Shown in pieces: positions 1 through 12,284 of a stretch of DNA of 64,000 bases. The notes under the pieces are model-generated. The model saw only the letters and a list, made by a program, of their open reading frames with translations. It ran no database searches and was not told where the DNA came from. Both the position numbers and the translations under genes were made by a program. This DNA comes from Octopus vulgaris (taxonomy: Eukaryota), in assembly GCA_951406725.2 (NCBI GenBank), contig OX597841.1, forward strand, positions 558,001-622,000, read 5' to 3'. Numbering within the stretch: the first letter of the stretch is position 1; the number at the start of each line of letters is the position of its first letter.

Positions 1-172
1 TTTTGTTGATCCAGTGGGATCCGTCGTGGAAAAGAAAAGTCTTACGTGCGTGGAGGATCACATCTTGCTCGGCCTCGGTGATGGTGGAGGACCTCCTAGC
101 GAAGTTAATCGCGTCGATCAGCAAGCTCTCCGATATGGAGGCGTAGTAATCCTCGATATCCAGTTGTAGGAA
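1..172 (-). mobile_element. Penelope-like element reverse transcriptase fragment (runs off the window edge)
   Basis: Minus-strand translation FLQLDIEDYYASISESLLIDAINFARRSSTITEAEQDVILHARKTFLFHDGSHWINK resembles the PLE RT region around the first catalytic Asp (D-I-x-x-[FY]-Y-x-S-I ... H-x-R-K-x-x-L-F ... W). It abuts a TA/TG microsatellite. Confidence 0.75.
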
Positions 173-325
173 TATACACATATGTATATATATGTATATA
201 TATATGTGTATATATGGACATTTGTGTGCATGTGTGTATGTATATATGTGTGTGTATGTGTGTATGTGTATGTGTGTGTATGTATATATTTGTGTGTATA
301 TGTATGTGTGGGCGTGTGTGTATAT

Positions 326-400
<75 letters not shown>

Positions 401-470
401 TGTATATGTATGTGTGTGTATGTATATATGTGTGTGTGTGTGTATATATATACATATGTGTATATGTATA
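173..470. repeat. Compound (TA)n/(TG)n microsatellite; the same class recurs throughout the window
   Basis: Direct reading. Similar tracts at 815-858, 6055-6165, 8930-10390, 10810-11082, 27765-27870, 30090-30200, 38465-38910, 40830-41047, 58590-58822 and 63325-63410. Confidence 0.95.
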
Positions 471-678
471 AGTGAGAACCTCCTTATTTACCTAAAACTC
501 TATTCTTCTATTTATTTTTTTATTCTTTTATTTATTCTTTTATCTAATTTACCACTGACTCCTTGACCACTCCCCTAAGTATGATATTTTTGCGCTATGC
601 CTCCCCCCAAAAAGTCCCCCACCCCCACCCCTTTAAACCTGCCTAAATGTATAAATGCCAAAACTATTCTTGTTAACT

Positions 679-729
679 AGCTTCCTGATGATTTCTCTTG
701 AATGAAACAGTTCTAGTCCTGTAGAAGCT
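679..729 (+). ncRNA. Type I hammerhead ribozyme motif
   Basis: AGCTTC-CTGATGA-(t TTC tctt GAA t)-GAAA-CAG ttctagtc CTG-TA-GAAGCT. Perfect 6-bp stem I, intact core, GUA cleavage triplet; the closing pair of stem II is mismatched. Confidence 0.75.
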
Positions 730-812
730 CCTTCTATATAATAAATTAATTTTACTCTGCTATGTATTGAGTACCTTATTTACTGTGGTTAACCCCGAAT
801 AAACCCGGGACC

Positions 813-858
<46 letters not shown>

Positions 859-859
<1 letters not shown>

Positions 860-1021
860 GACAGGCTTCTTTCAGTTTCCGTCTACCAAATCCACTCTCA
901 AGGATTTGGTCTGCCCGAAGCAAAAGTAGAAGATACTTGCCCAAGGTGCCACGCAGTGGGACTGAACCCGGGACCATGTGGTTGGTTAGCAAGCTACTTA
1001 CCACACAGCCACTCCTGCGCC
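859..1021 (-). mobile_element. tRNA-derived SINE family 1 (head GGCGCAGGAGTGGCTGTGTGGTAAG...GGTTCAGTCCC)
   Basis: A-box/B-box-like head. Many dispersed copies: 2460-2720(+), 17468-17830(+), 18840-19219(-), 29500-29720(-), 30201-30363(-), 31817-32080(+), 37215-37889, 40520-40690(-), 41050-41200(-), 43980-44180(-), 52110-52260(-). Confidence 0.85.
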
Positions 1022-3015
1022 TAGATGATATAAACGTGCATGTATATACATGAAGAGGGTATCTTGAAAAAGTCGAATGGGGAAACGTTAAGCGTTGTAA
1101 CCCTAGATATATTAACCTGAATATGAATGTGGTGGTCACGTTTGGTATGTCTTTTATTAGTGGTCTTCGGTACCAAGGATCACTTGACACTAAACAACAT
1201 CAACAGTCAAAAGCTGAATAACACAGAAGATCTGCTATTGACATAAATACATGTCACGTAATGTATAAGATATAAACGTATACTGTACAAGTTATAATGC
1301 AATATCTGGGCATATTTAAGTTTGGAATGAAGTAAGAGTGAAGGGTCTCGAAATCCCACGATCTGTACCTATGGCTTGGAGTATGATATCCCTAAAAAGA
1401 GATAGATTTCATAGCAATAGCTATGACGTCAGAAGATAAAATGATCTGTGATACAACAAATAAATAATATAGGGTCTCCCTCATATACAGAATATGTAAT
1501 AGACGGTACGAATGTTTTATGAAAAAAGTATCACAGATGGGAATCTGATGGGATATTATAGATGAAGTAAATTAATATTAAACGGGGTTGAATTAAATAA
1601 ATTACTGTAGTAAATATCAGTAAGCACCCCCTGGAAATAAGTGATAGTTCATAATAATCTCAACTACACACTAATATATTAACTTGACTGGTGAGAAAGC
1701 AAGAAAAATGATTGTCAATTAAAGACATCACCGATAATCTGATGGAGAAAGATAGCCTTTGCTAAAATTACAATGGACAGAGGCCTCCATGTTTCAGGTG
1801 ACAGGTAGAGTATGAATTTTAAGGGAAATATGTATAATAACATGAAATAAGGATGAAATAAATCGCTTAGGATATTACATCCTAGGGCTAAATAATTTGA
1901 TTTTAACTGTAAAAACGTGTGTTGGATACAACATTGTAAAATAAATAGAAACAAAGCAAGAATAGACATGACGACAAAATCAAATGAAAAAGAAATGAAT
2001 TTTATAACCGAAGCAAATTGTGAAGTTAAACTGTTTGTATTATGCAAACAACATCCCAGAGCTTCAAACAACAAACTTGCAAAATAAACAATTGCTTTTA
2101 TTATAACAATACAAGTTTAAGCGTTCCTCTTTCCTTTTCTTTGTACCATTGTATGTTTTGTGTTAATGAACTGGAAAAGACAGGTTTCACTTTTAAACAA
2201 TACGATTGTTGTCCGGAGAATATAAAAATAATAACTCTATAATCGATATTGATTAGAGAAAGATTAAGCATAATACTTACATCATGTAACTTAACTTTAA
2301 AGGTTTTTGAATTTTTGCATTTCGATGGGGAAAGAAAGCACCAAAAATCTGCCAGGAGTAGAGAGAGAAAGAGATAGAGAGAAATGTATGTATACACACA
2401 CACACACATATTATGTTGTGTAAGATAGAAGTTAGAGGAATATAACCATCTACAGGATAGGCGCAGGAGTGGCTGTGTGGTAAGTAGCTTGCTAACCAAC
2501 CACATGGTCCTGGGTTCAGTCCACTGCGTGGCATCTTGGGCAAGTGTCTTTTGCTATAGCCTCTGTGTTTGTCCCCCTAGCATTGTTTGACAACTGATGC
2601 TGGTGTGTTTATGTCCCCGTCACTTTCAAAGAATAAGTCCCGGGGTCGATTTGCTCGACTAAAGTCGGTACTCCAGCATGGCCGCAGTCAATTGACTGAA
2701 ACCAGTAAAAGAGTAAAAGAGATGATAGATGTAACCAAAGGCGCTCCTGGTAATACCTCAGTATGTATGACCCTTGTTATAAGGTATACGGTAGTAGGTA
2801 ATTTAAAAGGTAAAACCATGGTTTATACATATATATATAAACGATAAGAAAGGGAACAATAATAACAGTTAGAAGTAGATCAAGGAAAAAAAGATGTAAA
2901 ATGTTAGTTGATTCAATAGTCTTAAATTTCAGTGAGGTCCATAATTCCATATATCAGTTTTCCTTTCCTTTCCTTATATCTTCTTCCTACTGCCTTCTAT
3001 TTATCTTTGCCATAT

Positions 3016-3100
3016 AATCGTTCTGATGATGTCTGTCAATTGCAACGAAATAACTGTACATTTACCCCAGTTTGATACACTGAAACAGCTGTAAGTAGTT
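3016..3100 (+). ncRNA. Type I hammerhead ribozyme motif (duplicate at 32374-32459)
   Basis: CTGATGA (3023-3029), long stem II (tgtcaa/ttgata), GAAA-CAGCTG-TA with a palindromic stem III. Stem I pairs better in the 32374 copy (AATCGTT/AGCAGATT). Confidence 0.6.
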
Positions 3101-3371
3101 TCTCATCGTTATTAAATGATTTTAAAACACACATGATGTACCGCTAACAGTTATTGCTCCATTTCTTATCGTTTATATATATATATATGAATAAATGATA
3201 TAAACATTTATATTTAACATTCACTATTGGTATCCCTACTCTTTCTGTTAGCTACTTATGATGTTATATCATATAACGTTTTTTTAAACAATTTTAATAG
3301 CGTTCTGTCAATAGTTATACAAACCCATCATTTTTTGGCTAAAATGTCTTATTGACGAGTTTCGTTTTTTC

Positions 3372-3457
3372 ACTTTCCTGAAGAGAAGATTGCATTGTTT
3401 ATACCATTTATTCTTTTGAATAGTATCAGTGGAATTTTCGAAACATGTGTCGAAAGT
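3372..3457 (+). ncRNA. Type I hammerhead ribozyme motif (duplicate at 32759-32844)
   Basis: ACTTTC-CTGAAGA-GAAGATT...AATTTTC-GAAA-CATGTG-TC-GAAAGT. Perfect stem I, intact core, GUC triplet. The duplicate core differs only at the free N7 position (CTGAGGA). Confidence 0.85.
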
Positions 3458-3659
3458 AAAAATATGTGATTTACAACTGCGTTAAACTCCATTTATTTAT
3501 TCATATATTATTTAAAATATTCCACGTAAACACGAAGTTTCTACCTCTATAAACAAGGAGTTACAACCGCTTTAATTGTGAGATTTTTGCTACTCTGGTA
3601 ACTATTTATTTATTTTTTCCGTGTTAATTGTTAACAAGGTAAAAATACACTCATCTATT

Positions 3660-3719
<60 letters not shown>

Positions 3720-6052
3720 GGGAGAGAGAGGGGGAGAGAGAGTGTGATTGACAGAGAGAGAGAGAGACAATGAGAGAATGAGAAAGAGGGAGAGACAAAA
3801 AGGCAGACAGAGAACGAAAAGATGTTGAAATTTTGCTTGGAACACCCGCGGGCTATCGGAAGGTGAATGTAAGTGGAGTGGTAAAGTGGACTGGTGGAGG
3901 TGAGAGGGTACTGAGAAGAAGAACATGTGAAAGGGGATTGGACAATGGAGGAGAAGAGGGGGGAACATAATGGGAGAGAAATACGTGTTTGTGAAGAAGG
4001 ATATAACTTGAAGAATCGTAATCTACGATGTCCGTTGCAGATACATTCGAAGCATCATTTAACACAAAGAGAAAGAAAAAAGCAGAGCAGTAACGTATTT
4101 TACAGCATAGAATCCGACAAAGTGAATGGCATAAGCATGTAGTGTAAGCATTTAAACATCGTCTCTATCTTCCGAAATCTTACAGCATTTCACATAGAAA
4201 TTTCTTTTTGGGTTCCAAAGTCGTCTTGGTGTATAAGTCGACCTAAATTTTGGGTATAATTTTTGATTTCAAAAATTCTACTCGCTTTGGGCGATAGACG
4301 ACACTTTAGAGGACAGGGGCTTTCTGTCACTCTACACTCTGACTTCGCTGAGTTCCCTTCTCTTGATAGATATTCGATGTCCTGCCATATATCTTGAAGG
4401 CAAACACTGGCTAATTTCATGAAGTACTGTATGTGTTTCTAGCAGCTACCGCTAGGGTTTTAAGAGTTGGAGGCACAAGATCTGCCCTTCTCCTCTCGAT
4501 TTTGCTAAACGGAGTAACTACGCTACCATCACTACCAACCACCACCTATACAGCTAAAATATGGCACAAATACAAACTCAACTTCGATATCATCATTAAT
4601 ATCTTTCACCACCACAGCCACTACCATAAAAACAACCACAACAATAACTGTAACATTGACAGAACTACCACCACCACTATCACCAGCACTACATCTACCA
4701 TCCTACAACATCGCATCACCAATAGCACTACTAACACCACTACCAACAGGCTACCACCACTATCACGCCACCACATTAGTATAAACCACTGTATCCACTT
4801 ACCACCACCCATACCATTTTTGCAAAATTAACACCATAAATATCAACACTGCTGTAATGATATCCTTAAAACATTACCACAATCATCATCACCAACACAA
4901 TGCAACATCCCTATCAACGCCCCATTAAAAGCTCCACTGGAAAGCAACAATCACTACTACTAACTCTACTGGAACTGCTACTACAACCAACGACCATCAC
5001 CAAGGCCACCAACAACAACAACAAAATAACAACACCTACGCCTTCTAAAGATTCCGAGGACAAAAGAAATGTGTTTCAAGTCTGTTCAGAGAAGTCATTC
5101 TGTAAACATTGGCTTGTTATAAATCGAAAGTAGTTTCAATTCGACGGAGAACTTTGCGCATTAGACTCGAAGCAAGTGGGCAGTAACGACTGTAGTGGAC
5201 GGTGGAGACATCTGTGAAGATTAAGTAATAGTTGAAATCATTATTGAACAATTCAAACATTTGGGGACTTTTCTTGGTAGTTCAGCGGCATCAGTTGATA
5301 GTACCGACAACAGTGGACAGTGGTTAACGTTTTCAAACACAGTTGTTAGTGTAATCAGTAACAAAGGTAAGTTCTGTTTCGTTATATTCCGCTATGTTGG
5401 AACCTCAATGCTGCTCCTCTGCTTTGAAGACGGTTTAGATCCCAGTTATGCGACTGTGGCTAGATCAGTTGATTGCTATTGCTTCTGTGTTATCATGTTC
5501 ATTTATGTATCTGTACTGCGTGGATCGGATAAAGTGATAGAGATATTATAGTATACTGTATATATATGCGTTTTGGAAGTCAAGTGGAGACCGAGTAAGA
5601 TCATTTCTTGATCTCCGTATGGTGTGAAAACGTTCCGAAAAAGACAGAAATCCCTGTGCATTGATTTGTTCTGGGTGTTTAAAGTGTGGCACAGCATTAA
5701 ACCCTTAGCTATAACACCAGTGGCACAACAGAGATGGAGACAACTAGACACAGAGAGAAGTTGAGAGTTCTTTTTTTCAAAACGAATTTACATTAAACTA
5801 GAAGGAAGTTGCTACTGGATCTAGGGAGTCCTTCGACCCCTGTTGCTAAGATGGAAGTTAACCTATAGTTCGGAACGTAACACGTGCTACTATTCCGAGA
5901 CACAGAAGATATGGGATCAATAGTCACCGAAAGTTGATTGGAAATTCATCAATGCTCCGGAAACTTTGTATTTGGTCTCCCTCCAACAGGTGAAGTTTCA
6001 AGTCATATCCACACTCAATACACACACTAGAAAATTGAGTGTATATATGTAA

Positions 6053-6098
<46 letters not shown>

Positions 6099-6119
6099 GG
6101 ATATGTATACGAAACATAT

Positions 6120-6168
<49 letters not shown>

Positions 6169-6476
6169 AAAATAGTAAAGTGTGAAAAAACGACAGAAGG
6201 CTTAAATGTTAAAAAATATATATATTTGTGTCAAAATGTCTGGAGAATATTGGAAAAATTTTTTTCCTTTCCTTAAAATGACATAATTTTAAAATTTTTA
6301 AAGAAATTACCGGTTTCGCGTGTAGCTTTTCAAATTTCTTGTGACGTTATGTTTATATTGCATGGAGTTATCGTTGTGTTTATTAACAGGAGATTTCTAA
6401 ATAAGGGGAGGTAGTGAGTGATTTCTTCCGGTGTAAGGGAGACAATCGCTTAAAATTTTTTTTTCCCTTTTCCTTG

Positions 6477-8256
6477 TTAATTTCTCTGTGTCAGTATGTT
6501 CGGATGGTTGAGTCTGGGTTTGTACTTTTCAATGAAGAATGTTTCCTTGTTCAGTCTCATTTGTGTTGATGATCCGAAAGCACATTGGTAAAATGGGAAG
6601 ATTAAAAATTGTGGCAGTATTTGCTTTGCGCATTTCTCAATGTGCTCACTAAAAGGTATCATTCTATATTCTGGGAATGCAATCTGTTGTCGATGCAGTG
6701 TGCATCTACGCCTGAGTGATAGTCCCGTTGAACCCACGTAGTCTTGGTGGCAGCCCGAGCATTTAATAACATAAATTATGTTTTCAGAGGCACAAGTAAA
6801 GTTAGATTTGATCTTGAATTTCTGTCCCTCTTTAAAGAAGAATTCTGATCCTTCCAATAGGTTAGGACATGTTGCACAGTTCGATCTACCACATTTTTTT
6901 ACTTTTGCATCCGTAATTTTAGAGGACAATTTTGCCTTTGTGAGAATCTTTTTAAGTGATTTAGGCTGTTTGTAGCTTTTAATGATTTGGTGTATGTTTA
7001 GAATTTCCTTTAATTTTGGGTTTTTATGAAGTATTGGTAAATTCTGGGTGATGATGGTGAAGGCTTCTTTGTTTCTGGGGTTGTATGTAGTTATATGTAA
7101 GGTAGTATTTTCGGGGAAGGTGTGTTGTTGTGTTGGACTTTTCTTAAAGTTTCTATGTTGATTTCTGTTGCACGTCTGATCCCATCCTCTATGAGTTGAG
7201 CTGGGTAATGTCTATCAATTAGGGTGTTTTTGAGTTCTTGCAGTCTAAAGTTCCTGGTATTTTGTTCTGACACTATTGTGCATATCCTTCTTGCAAGGTT
7301 GAAGGGGATGTTTGTTTTAGTGTGTCTTGGGTGGCATGAATTAAAAAGAAGGTATTGTTTGGCGTCTGTGGCTTTGTAAAAAATGTCTGTTTCTATTTTA
7401 AGGTTAATTTTTTAATTAGTATATCCAAGAACGGGAGCTCCTTTTGGTTGTATTCCATTGTGAACTGTATATTTGGGTTTATGCTGTTCAATAGGTTTTT
7501 AAATTTTAGGAGTTTACCTATGTTTTCATTCCAGAGAATGAAACAATCGTCTAGGAATCGTTTCCAATTCTCTTTTATGTATTGAGAGAGGGAGTTTCCA
7601 AAGATTGATAGAGATTCCTGGTAAATGATTATTTCCATGTATCCCATTGTTAAGTTCGCAATGACTGGTGCTGCCCTTGTACCCATAGCAATTCCGGATT
7701 TTTTACGGTAAAATGTATTGTCAAACATGAAGTGGTTATTGTGTAGGATGAATTCAATTGATTTAGTAATGAATTCCTTACTGATCCTTTTTGGTATTTC
7801 TTCCGGAAATTGGTCTAACCAGAACTGTATTGCCTCCAGTCCATAATTATGAGGTATACTGGTATACAAGTTGACTACATCAAATGAAACCAGGATTGTT
7901 TCTTCCTTGGTTTTTTTTGGAAGGTGGTTTAACATATCTAAGTCATCTCTGATATGGCTATCGATATGTTTAAGGAAGGGTTTCAGGAGGATATCCATAA
8001 GTAGACTTAGTCTGTGTGTTTCACAGGTTGGGCCAGCTACAATGGGTCGTAGTTTTAGGTCCCCCGGATTAGGTGTGTGTATGTATGTCTTTGGTGATTT
8101 TTTAATGGTTTCATTTATAATTTGACTTTTATGAATTTTTGGCAGACCATAGAAAAGGCTAGGTTTGCATTTAAAGTTTGTTAGGAAATCAATCTCTTTG
8201 GTTGTCAGTTCCTTTTCATGGGTTTTAATTAGTGAAGATAGAGTTTTTCACCAAAG
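6477..8256 (-). pseudogene. PLE RT + GIY-YIG ORF, 5'-truncated with two frameshifts
   Basis: ORFs 7393-7998, 7091-7273 and 6477-6929 join into one PLE polyprotein by frameshifting (KIETDIF..., ITTYNP...). Confidence 0.9.
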
Positions 8257-8717
8257 ACATACTTGTGCCTCTGAAAACATAATTTATGTTATTAAATGCT
8301 CGGGCTGCCACCAAGACTACGTGGGTTCAACGGGACTATCACTCAGGCGTAGATGCACACTGCATCGACAACAGATTGCATTCCCAGAATATAGAATGAT
8401 ATCTTTTAGTGAGCACATTGAGAAATGCGCAAAGCAAATACTGCCACAATTTTTAATCTTCCCATTTTACCAATGTGCTTTCGGATCATCAACACAAATG
8501 AGACTGAACAAGGAAACATTCTTCATTGAAAAGTACAAACCCAGACTCAACCATCCGAACATACTGACACAGAGAAATTAACAAGGAAAAGGGAAAAAAA
8601 AATTTTAAGCGATTGTCTCCCTTACACCGGAAGAAATCACTCACTACCTCCCCTTATTTAGAAATCTCCTGTTAATAAACACAACGATAACTCCATGCAA
8701 TATAAACATAACGTCAC

Positions 8718-8757
8718 AAGAAATTTGAAAAGCTACACGCGAAACCGGTAATTTCTT
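8718..8757 (+). ncRNA. Minimal type I hammerhead, U3:A8 core variant, in the PLE terminal repeat (mirror copy 6301-6340, minus strand)
   Basis: AAGAAAT-TTGAAAA-GC tacac GC-GAAA-CCGG-TA-ATTTCTT. Perfect 7-bp stem I and palindromic stem III; C3:G8 is replaced by U3:A8. Confidence 0.7.
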
Positions 8758-8931
8758 TAAAAATTTTAAAATTATGTCATTTTAAGGAAAGGAAAAACAT
8801 TTTTCCAATATTCTCCAGACATTTTGACACAAATATATATATTTTTTAACATTTAAGCCTTCTGTCGTTTTTTCACACTTTACTATTTTCTTATATATTC
8901 ACCCACGTGCTTTACCAAACAAACTTTCTTA

Positions 8932-8991
<60 letters not shown>

Positions 8992-9123
8992 CAGCTTTTA
9001 ATAAAGTTGTTCTTCGTATTAAACAATTGTACTGAACAACTAATCCATTCTTGTTGCCTTTTTATTGTGTATATATATATATATATATATGTATATGAAT
9101 ATATATGTATGTATATATATATA

Positions 9124-9207
<84 letters not shown>

Positions 9208-9327
9208 TATATACATATATCGGGAGAGAAAGAGAGAGAGGGAGGGAGAGGGGAGGTGTATGTCTGATTGGGTGTTTGTGCGCGAGCACATGCGTACGTG
9301 TATACATGCATACGAAACATATCTATA

Positions 9328-9655
9328 TGGCTCAGTGGTTAGAGCGTCGAGCTTACGATCGTGAGGTTGTGAGCTCGAATCCCGGACCGGGCTGCGTGTT
9401 GTGTTCTTGAGCAAGACACTTTATTTCACGTTGCTCCAGTTCACTCAGCTGTAGAAATGAGTTGCGACGTCACAGGTGCCAAGCTGTATCGGCCCTTGCC
9501 TTTACCTTGGACAACATCGGTGACGTGGAGAGGGAGGCCGGTATGCATGGGCGACTGCTGGTCTTCCATAAAACAACATTGCTCAGACTTGTGCCTCAGA
9601 TGGTAACTCTCTAGGTGCAAACCCATCGTCAGTGTCATACCGAAGGGGGTCACCA
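9328..9655 (+). mobile_element. tRNA-derived SINE family 2
   Basis: TGGCTCAGTGGTTAGAGCG...GCTCGAATCCC head followed by the CTTGAGCAAGACACTTTATT core and tail. A related head lies at 29950-30087(-). Confidence 0.8.
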
Positions 9656-9810
9656 CATATATATATATATATTTATATATATATATATTTGAAGCTTTTC
9701 ATAAAGTTGTTTTTCGTATGAAACAATTGTACTGAATAACTAATACATTCTTGTTGCTTTTTTATTGTGTATATATATATGTATATGTATATATATATAT
9801 ATGTATGTAT

Positions 9811-9846
<36 letters not shown>

Positions 9847-10057
9847 GTATAAATATATATATATATACATATATATATATACATTTATATATACATATAT
9901 ATATATATACATATATACATATACATATATATATCTATATATATACACTTATATATATATATATATACACATATATATATTTATATACATATACATATAT
10001 ATATACACAAGAAAAAAGCAAAACGTACATGCATACGTGTATACATGCATACGGAAC

Positions 10058-10150
<93 letters not shown>

Positions 10151-10204
10151 GGTGCCCCAGCATGGCCACAGCTCATAAGCTGAAACTAGAATCAATCAAT
10201 CAAT

Positions 10205-10239
<35 letters not shown>

Positions 10240-10343
10240 GCTTTTAATAAAGCTGTTCTTCGTATGAAACAATTGTACTGAACAATAAATCCATTCTTGT
10301 TGCTTTTTTGTTGGCTATATATATATGTATATGTATATATATA

Positions 10344-10389
<46 letters not shown>

Positions 10390-10393
<4 letters not shown>

Positions 10394-10725
10394 TATATTA
10401 GAGACAAAACCACTATTAGGCAAATCAGACAATGAAAACCTTAAGCCAATACATAAGATTATTTAATTTATATTATTTATATTATTTAAATATATAACAA
10501 AATCATTAAAAAAATATAATTTAAATCACTTGATGAATGACTGTAACTCGAAAGTTTAAAGAAATTTACAGCCATAAAACGATCGTAGTGTTATATTAAT
10601 TATATTTTTTTAATAATTTTGTTATATATTTAAATAATATAAAATAAATAATCTCATGTATTGGCTTAAGTTTTTGATTGTATGATTTGCCTAATAGTGG
10701 TTTTGTCTCTAATTTAATATAATAT
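10390..10725. repeat. Imperfect ~140-bp inverted repeat with a degenerate hammerhead in the spacer (10527-10590)
   Basis: Arms GAGACAAAACCACTATTAGGCAAATCA... and ...TGATTTGCCTAATAGTGGTTTTGTCTC. Spacer reads CAC-TTGATGA-ATGaCTGTAA...TTACAGCCAT-AAAA-CGATCG-TA-GTG. Confidence 0.7.
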
Positions 10726-10809
10726 AATATTTTACTATAAAATTGGATTCAATCCTAAATCTGATTTTTCCCTGTAAGTTTGTATTTATTCCATAATATT
10801 TATTATTAT

Positions 10810-10841
<32 letters not shown>

Positions 10842-10859
10842 TATGCATATATATATGTG

Positions 10860-10907
<48 letters not shown>

Positions 10908-10908
10908 C

Positions 10909-10949
<41 letters not shown>

Positions 10950-10960
10950 CATATATACAT

Positions 10961-10993
<33 letters not shown>

Positions 10994-11026
10994 CACATAT
11001 ATATATATTTATATATACACACACAA

Positions 11027-11087
<61 letters not shown>

Positions 11088-11360
11088 CGAAAGGCTGAGC
11101 CTGCATCTCAGTTCCTAATTAATGACCATGTATGAAGCCCGTAACTTCCTGCCCTATCAGACCATCGTTGTCTGTCTCTGAACAGTACTCTGTGCAAATG
11201 GCAGTCTCTGCCACGTATCTGCATTTTCAGGCTGTGTTGTTCGAATTGTTATGTTCTTCTTCACCGGTGTGATATCCGGTTCTATATTTCTAGTATAATG
11301 TATTCGATATGACCCCAACCAGAGCCGTGTGGTACGGAGGACAGGTTGTTGCCCATGTAG

Positions 11361-11592
11361 GGCGTCGAGCTGGCAGAATCGTTAGCACGCCGGGCGAAAT
11401 GCGTAGCCGTATTTCGTCAGCCGTTACGTTCTGAGTTCAAATTCCGCCGAGGTCGACTTAGCCTTTCATCCTTTCGGGGTCGATTAAATAAGTACCAGTT
11501 ACGCACTGGGATCGATATAATCGACTTAATCCGTTTGTCTGTTCTTGTTTGTCCTCCCTGTGTTTAGCCCCTTGTGGGCAATAAAGAAATAG
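11361..11592 (+). mobile_element. tRNA-derived SINE family 3 (GGCGGCGAGCTGGCAGAA...GAGTTCAAATTCC...GCCTTTCATCCTTTCGGGGTCGAT)
   Basis: Dispersed copies at 21630-21858, 22090-22153, 28554-28786, 35561-35742(-), 35974-36280(-), 43417-43760, 50820-51025(-) and 51200-51700. Confidence 0.85.
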
Positions 11593-12284
11593 GTTGTTGC
11601 CCATGTAGTGTGTCCCTCATCTCAATCTCATTAACAGGTCTAAAAGAAGGAAAGGAACCTTACAATTTGTTAACAGCATCGACACAGGATTTGCAGGGGT
11701 GAAGTTGAAGACAGCATCGAACTGCCCCTTTGTCTCTGATTCTCAATTTTACCCCAGTATTTTCACCCGAACACTTTCCCATGATTGAATATTGTTGCAA
11801 GTTATCGGGGGTTTGGAATCAGCGTTTTCCATCTTCTAGAAGGGTTGTCTCACTACCACCTGGATGATGAGCTCCATGCGATCGAAGGAATTACTAATTA
11901 ATCCATAATTAGAACCTTGACGACCACTACTACTCCGGGTCAGACTAGATCTTGGGACAGCGGTGGCTAAGAGCTGGTTCAAAAACTCGTCAAAACACTA
12001 GAAATCCCCAACCAGGGATTACTGCTGGATGCAGTTTAAAATCATACCCAGGACCTATGCCTTTAGGAATCACCTTAAATTATTTTATTTTTTCTCTTCT
12101 AAATTGTAATTTATTCATTTAGCGTTTTCTTTTACAAACATTCTTCCTCTTACATGCAAACATTTTCCATCTTCTCAAATTATCTTCGTCTTCTCTTTCA
12201 GGATTACTCCGCCTTACTCTTAAACATTTCCCATTGATGTTAGGGCCAAGAATGTCCCAGTTCCCTTTTACTTGTCCAGCTGCA

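Larger units (their letters stand above)
859..5470 (+). repeat. ~4.6 kb direct segmental duplication, copy 1 (copy 2 at 30201-34880)
   Basis: Near-identical collinear sequence from CGACAGGCTTCTTTCAG to TAGATCAGTT in both places; the ORF track shows near-identical ORF pairs. Confidence 0.95.
6160..8898 (-). mobile_element. Penelope-like retroelement with inverted 638-bp terminal repeats (6160-6797 / 8261-8898)
   Basis: Minus strand 8256-6477 encodes YGLPKIHK, LRPIVAG, SFDVVNLYTSIP, GIAMGTRAAP, RFLDD (RT) and CxxxxCxxC...IIYVIKC...YVGST (GIY-YIG). Frameshifts near 7395 and 7092. The 3' end is repeated in inverted orientation at 8261-8898. Flanked by (TA)n. Confidence 0.95.

Noticed and set aside
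105-566. YI/CV/TH-repeat ORFs here and throughout the ORF track
   Set aside because: Translations of TA, TG, TACA and GATA microsatellites; no protein features or splice context.
4433-5133. Thr/His/Pro-rich mucin-like ORFs (also at 33819-34450)
   Set aside because: Degenerate (ACC/ACT/AAC)n repeat; frames differ between the duplicated copies and there is no splice support.
9328-9400. Possible tRNA gene
   Set aside because: It has A and B boxes but no proper acceptor stem, and it continues into a SINE core and tail.
8990-10315. CRISPR-like repeat-spacer pattern
   Set aside because: Eukaryotic context, spacers are microsatellite or SINE DNA of irregular length, and there are no cas genes.
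12234-12284. N-terminal extension of the 158-aa ORF (and its read-through past 12582)
   Set aside because: A splice acceptor precedes ATG 12285, homology with paralogue B starts there, and it ends at the GTAAGT donor.
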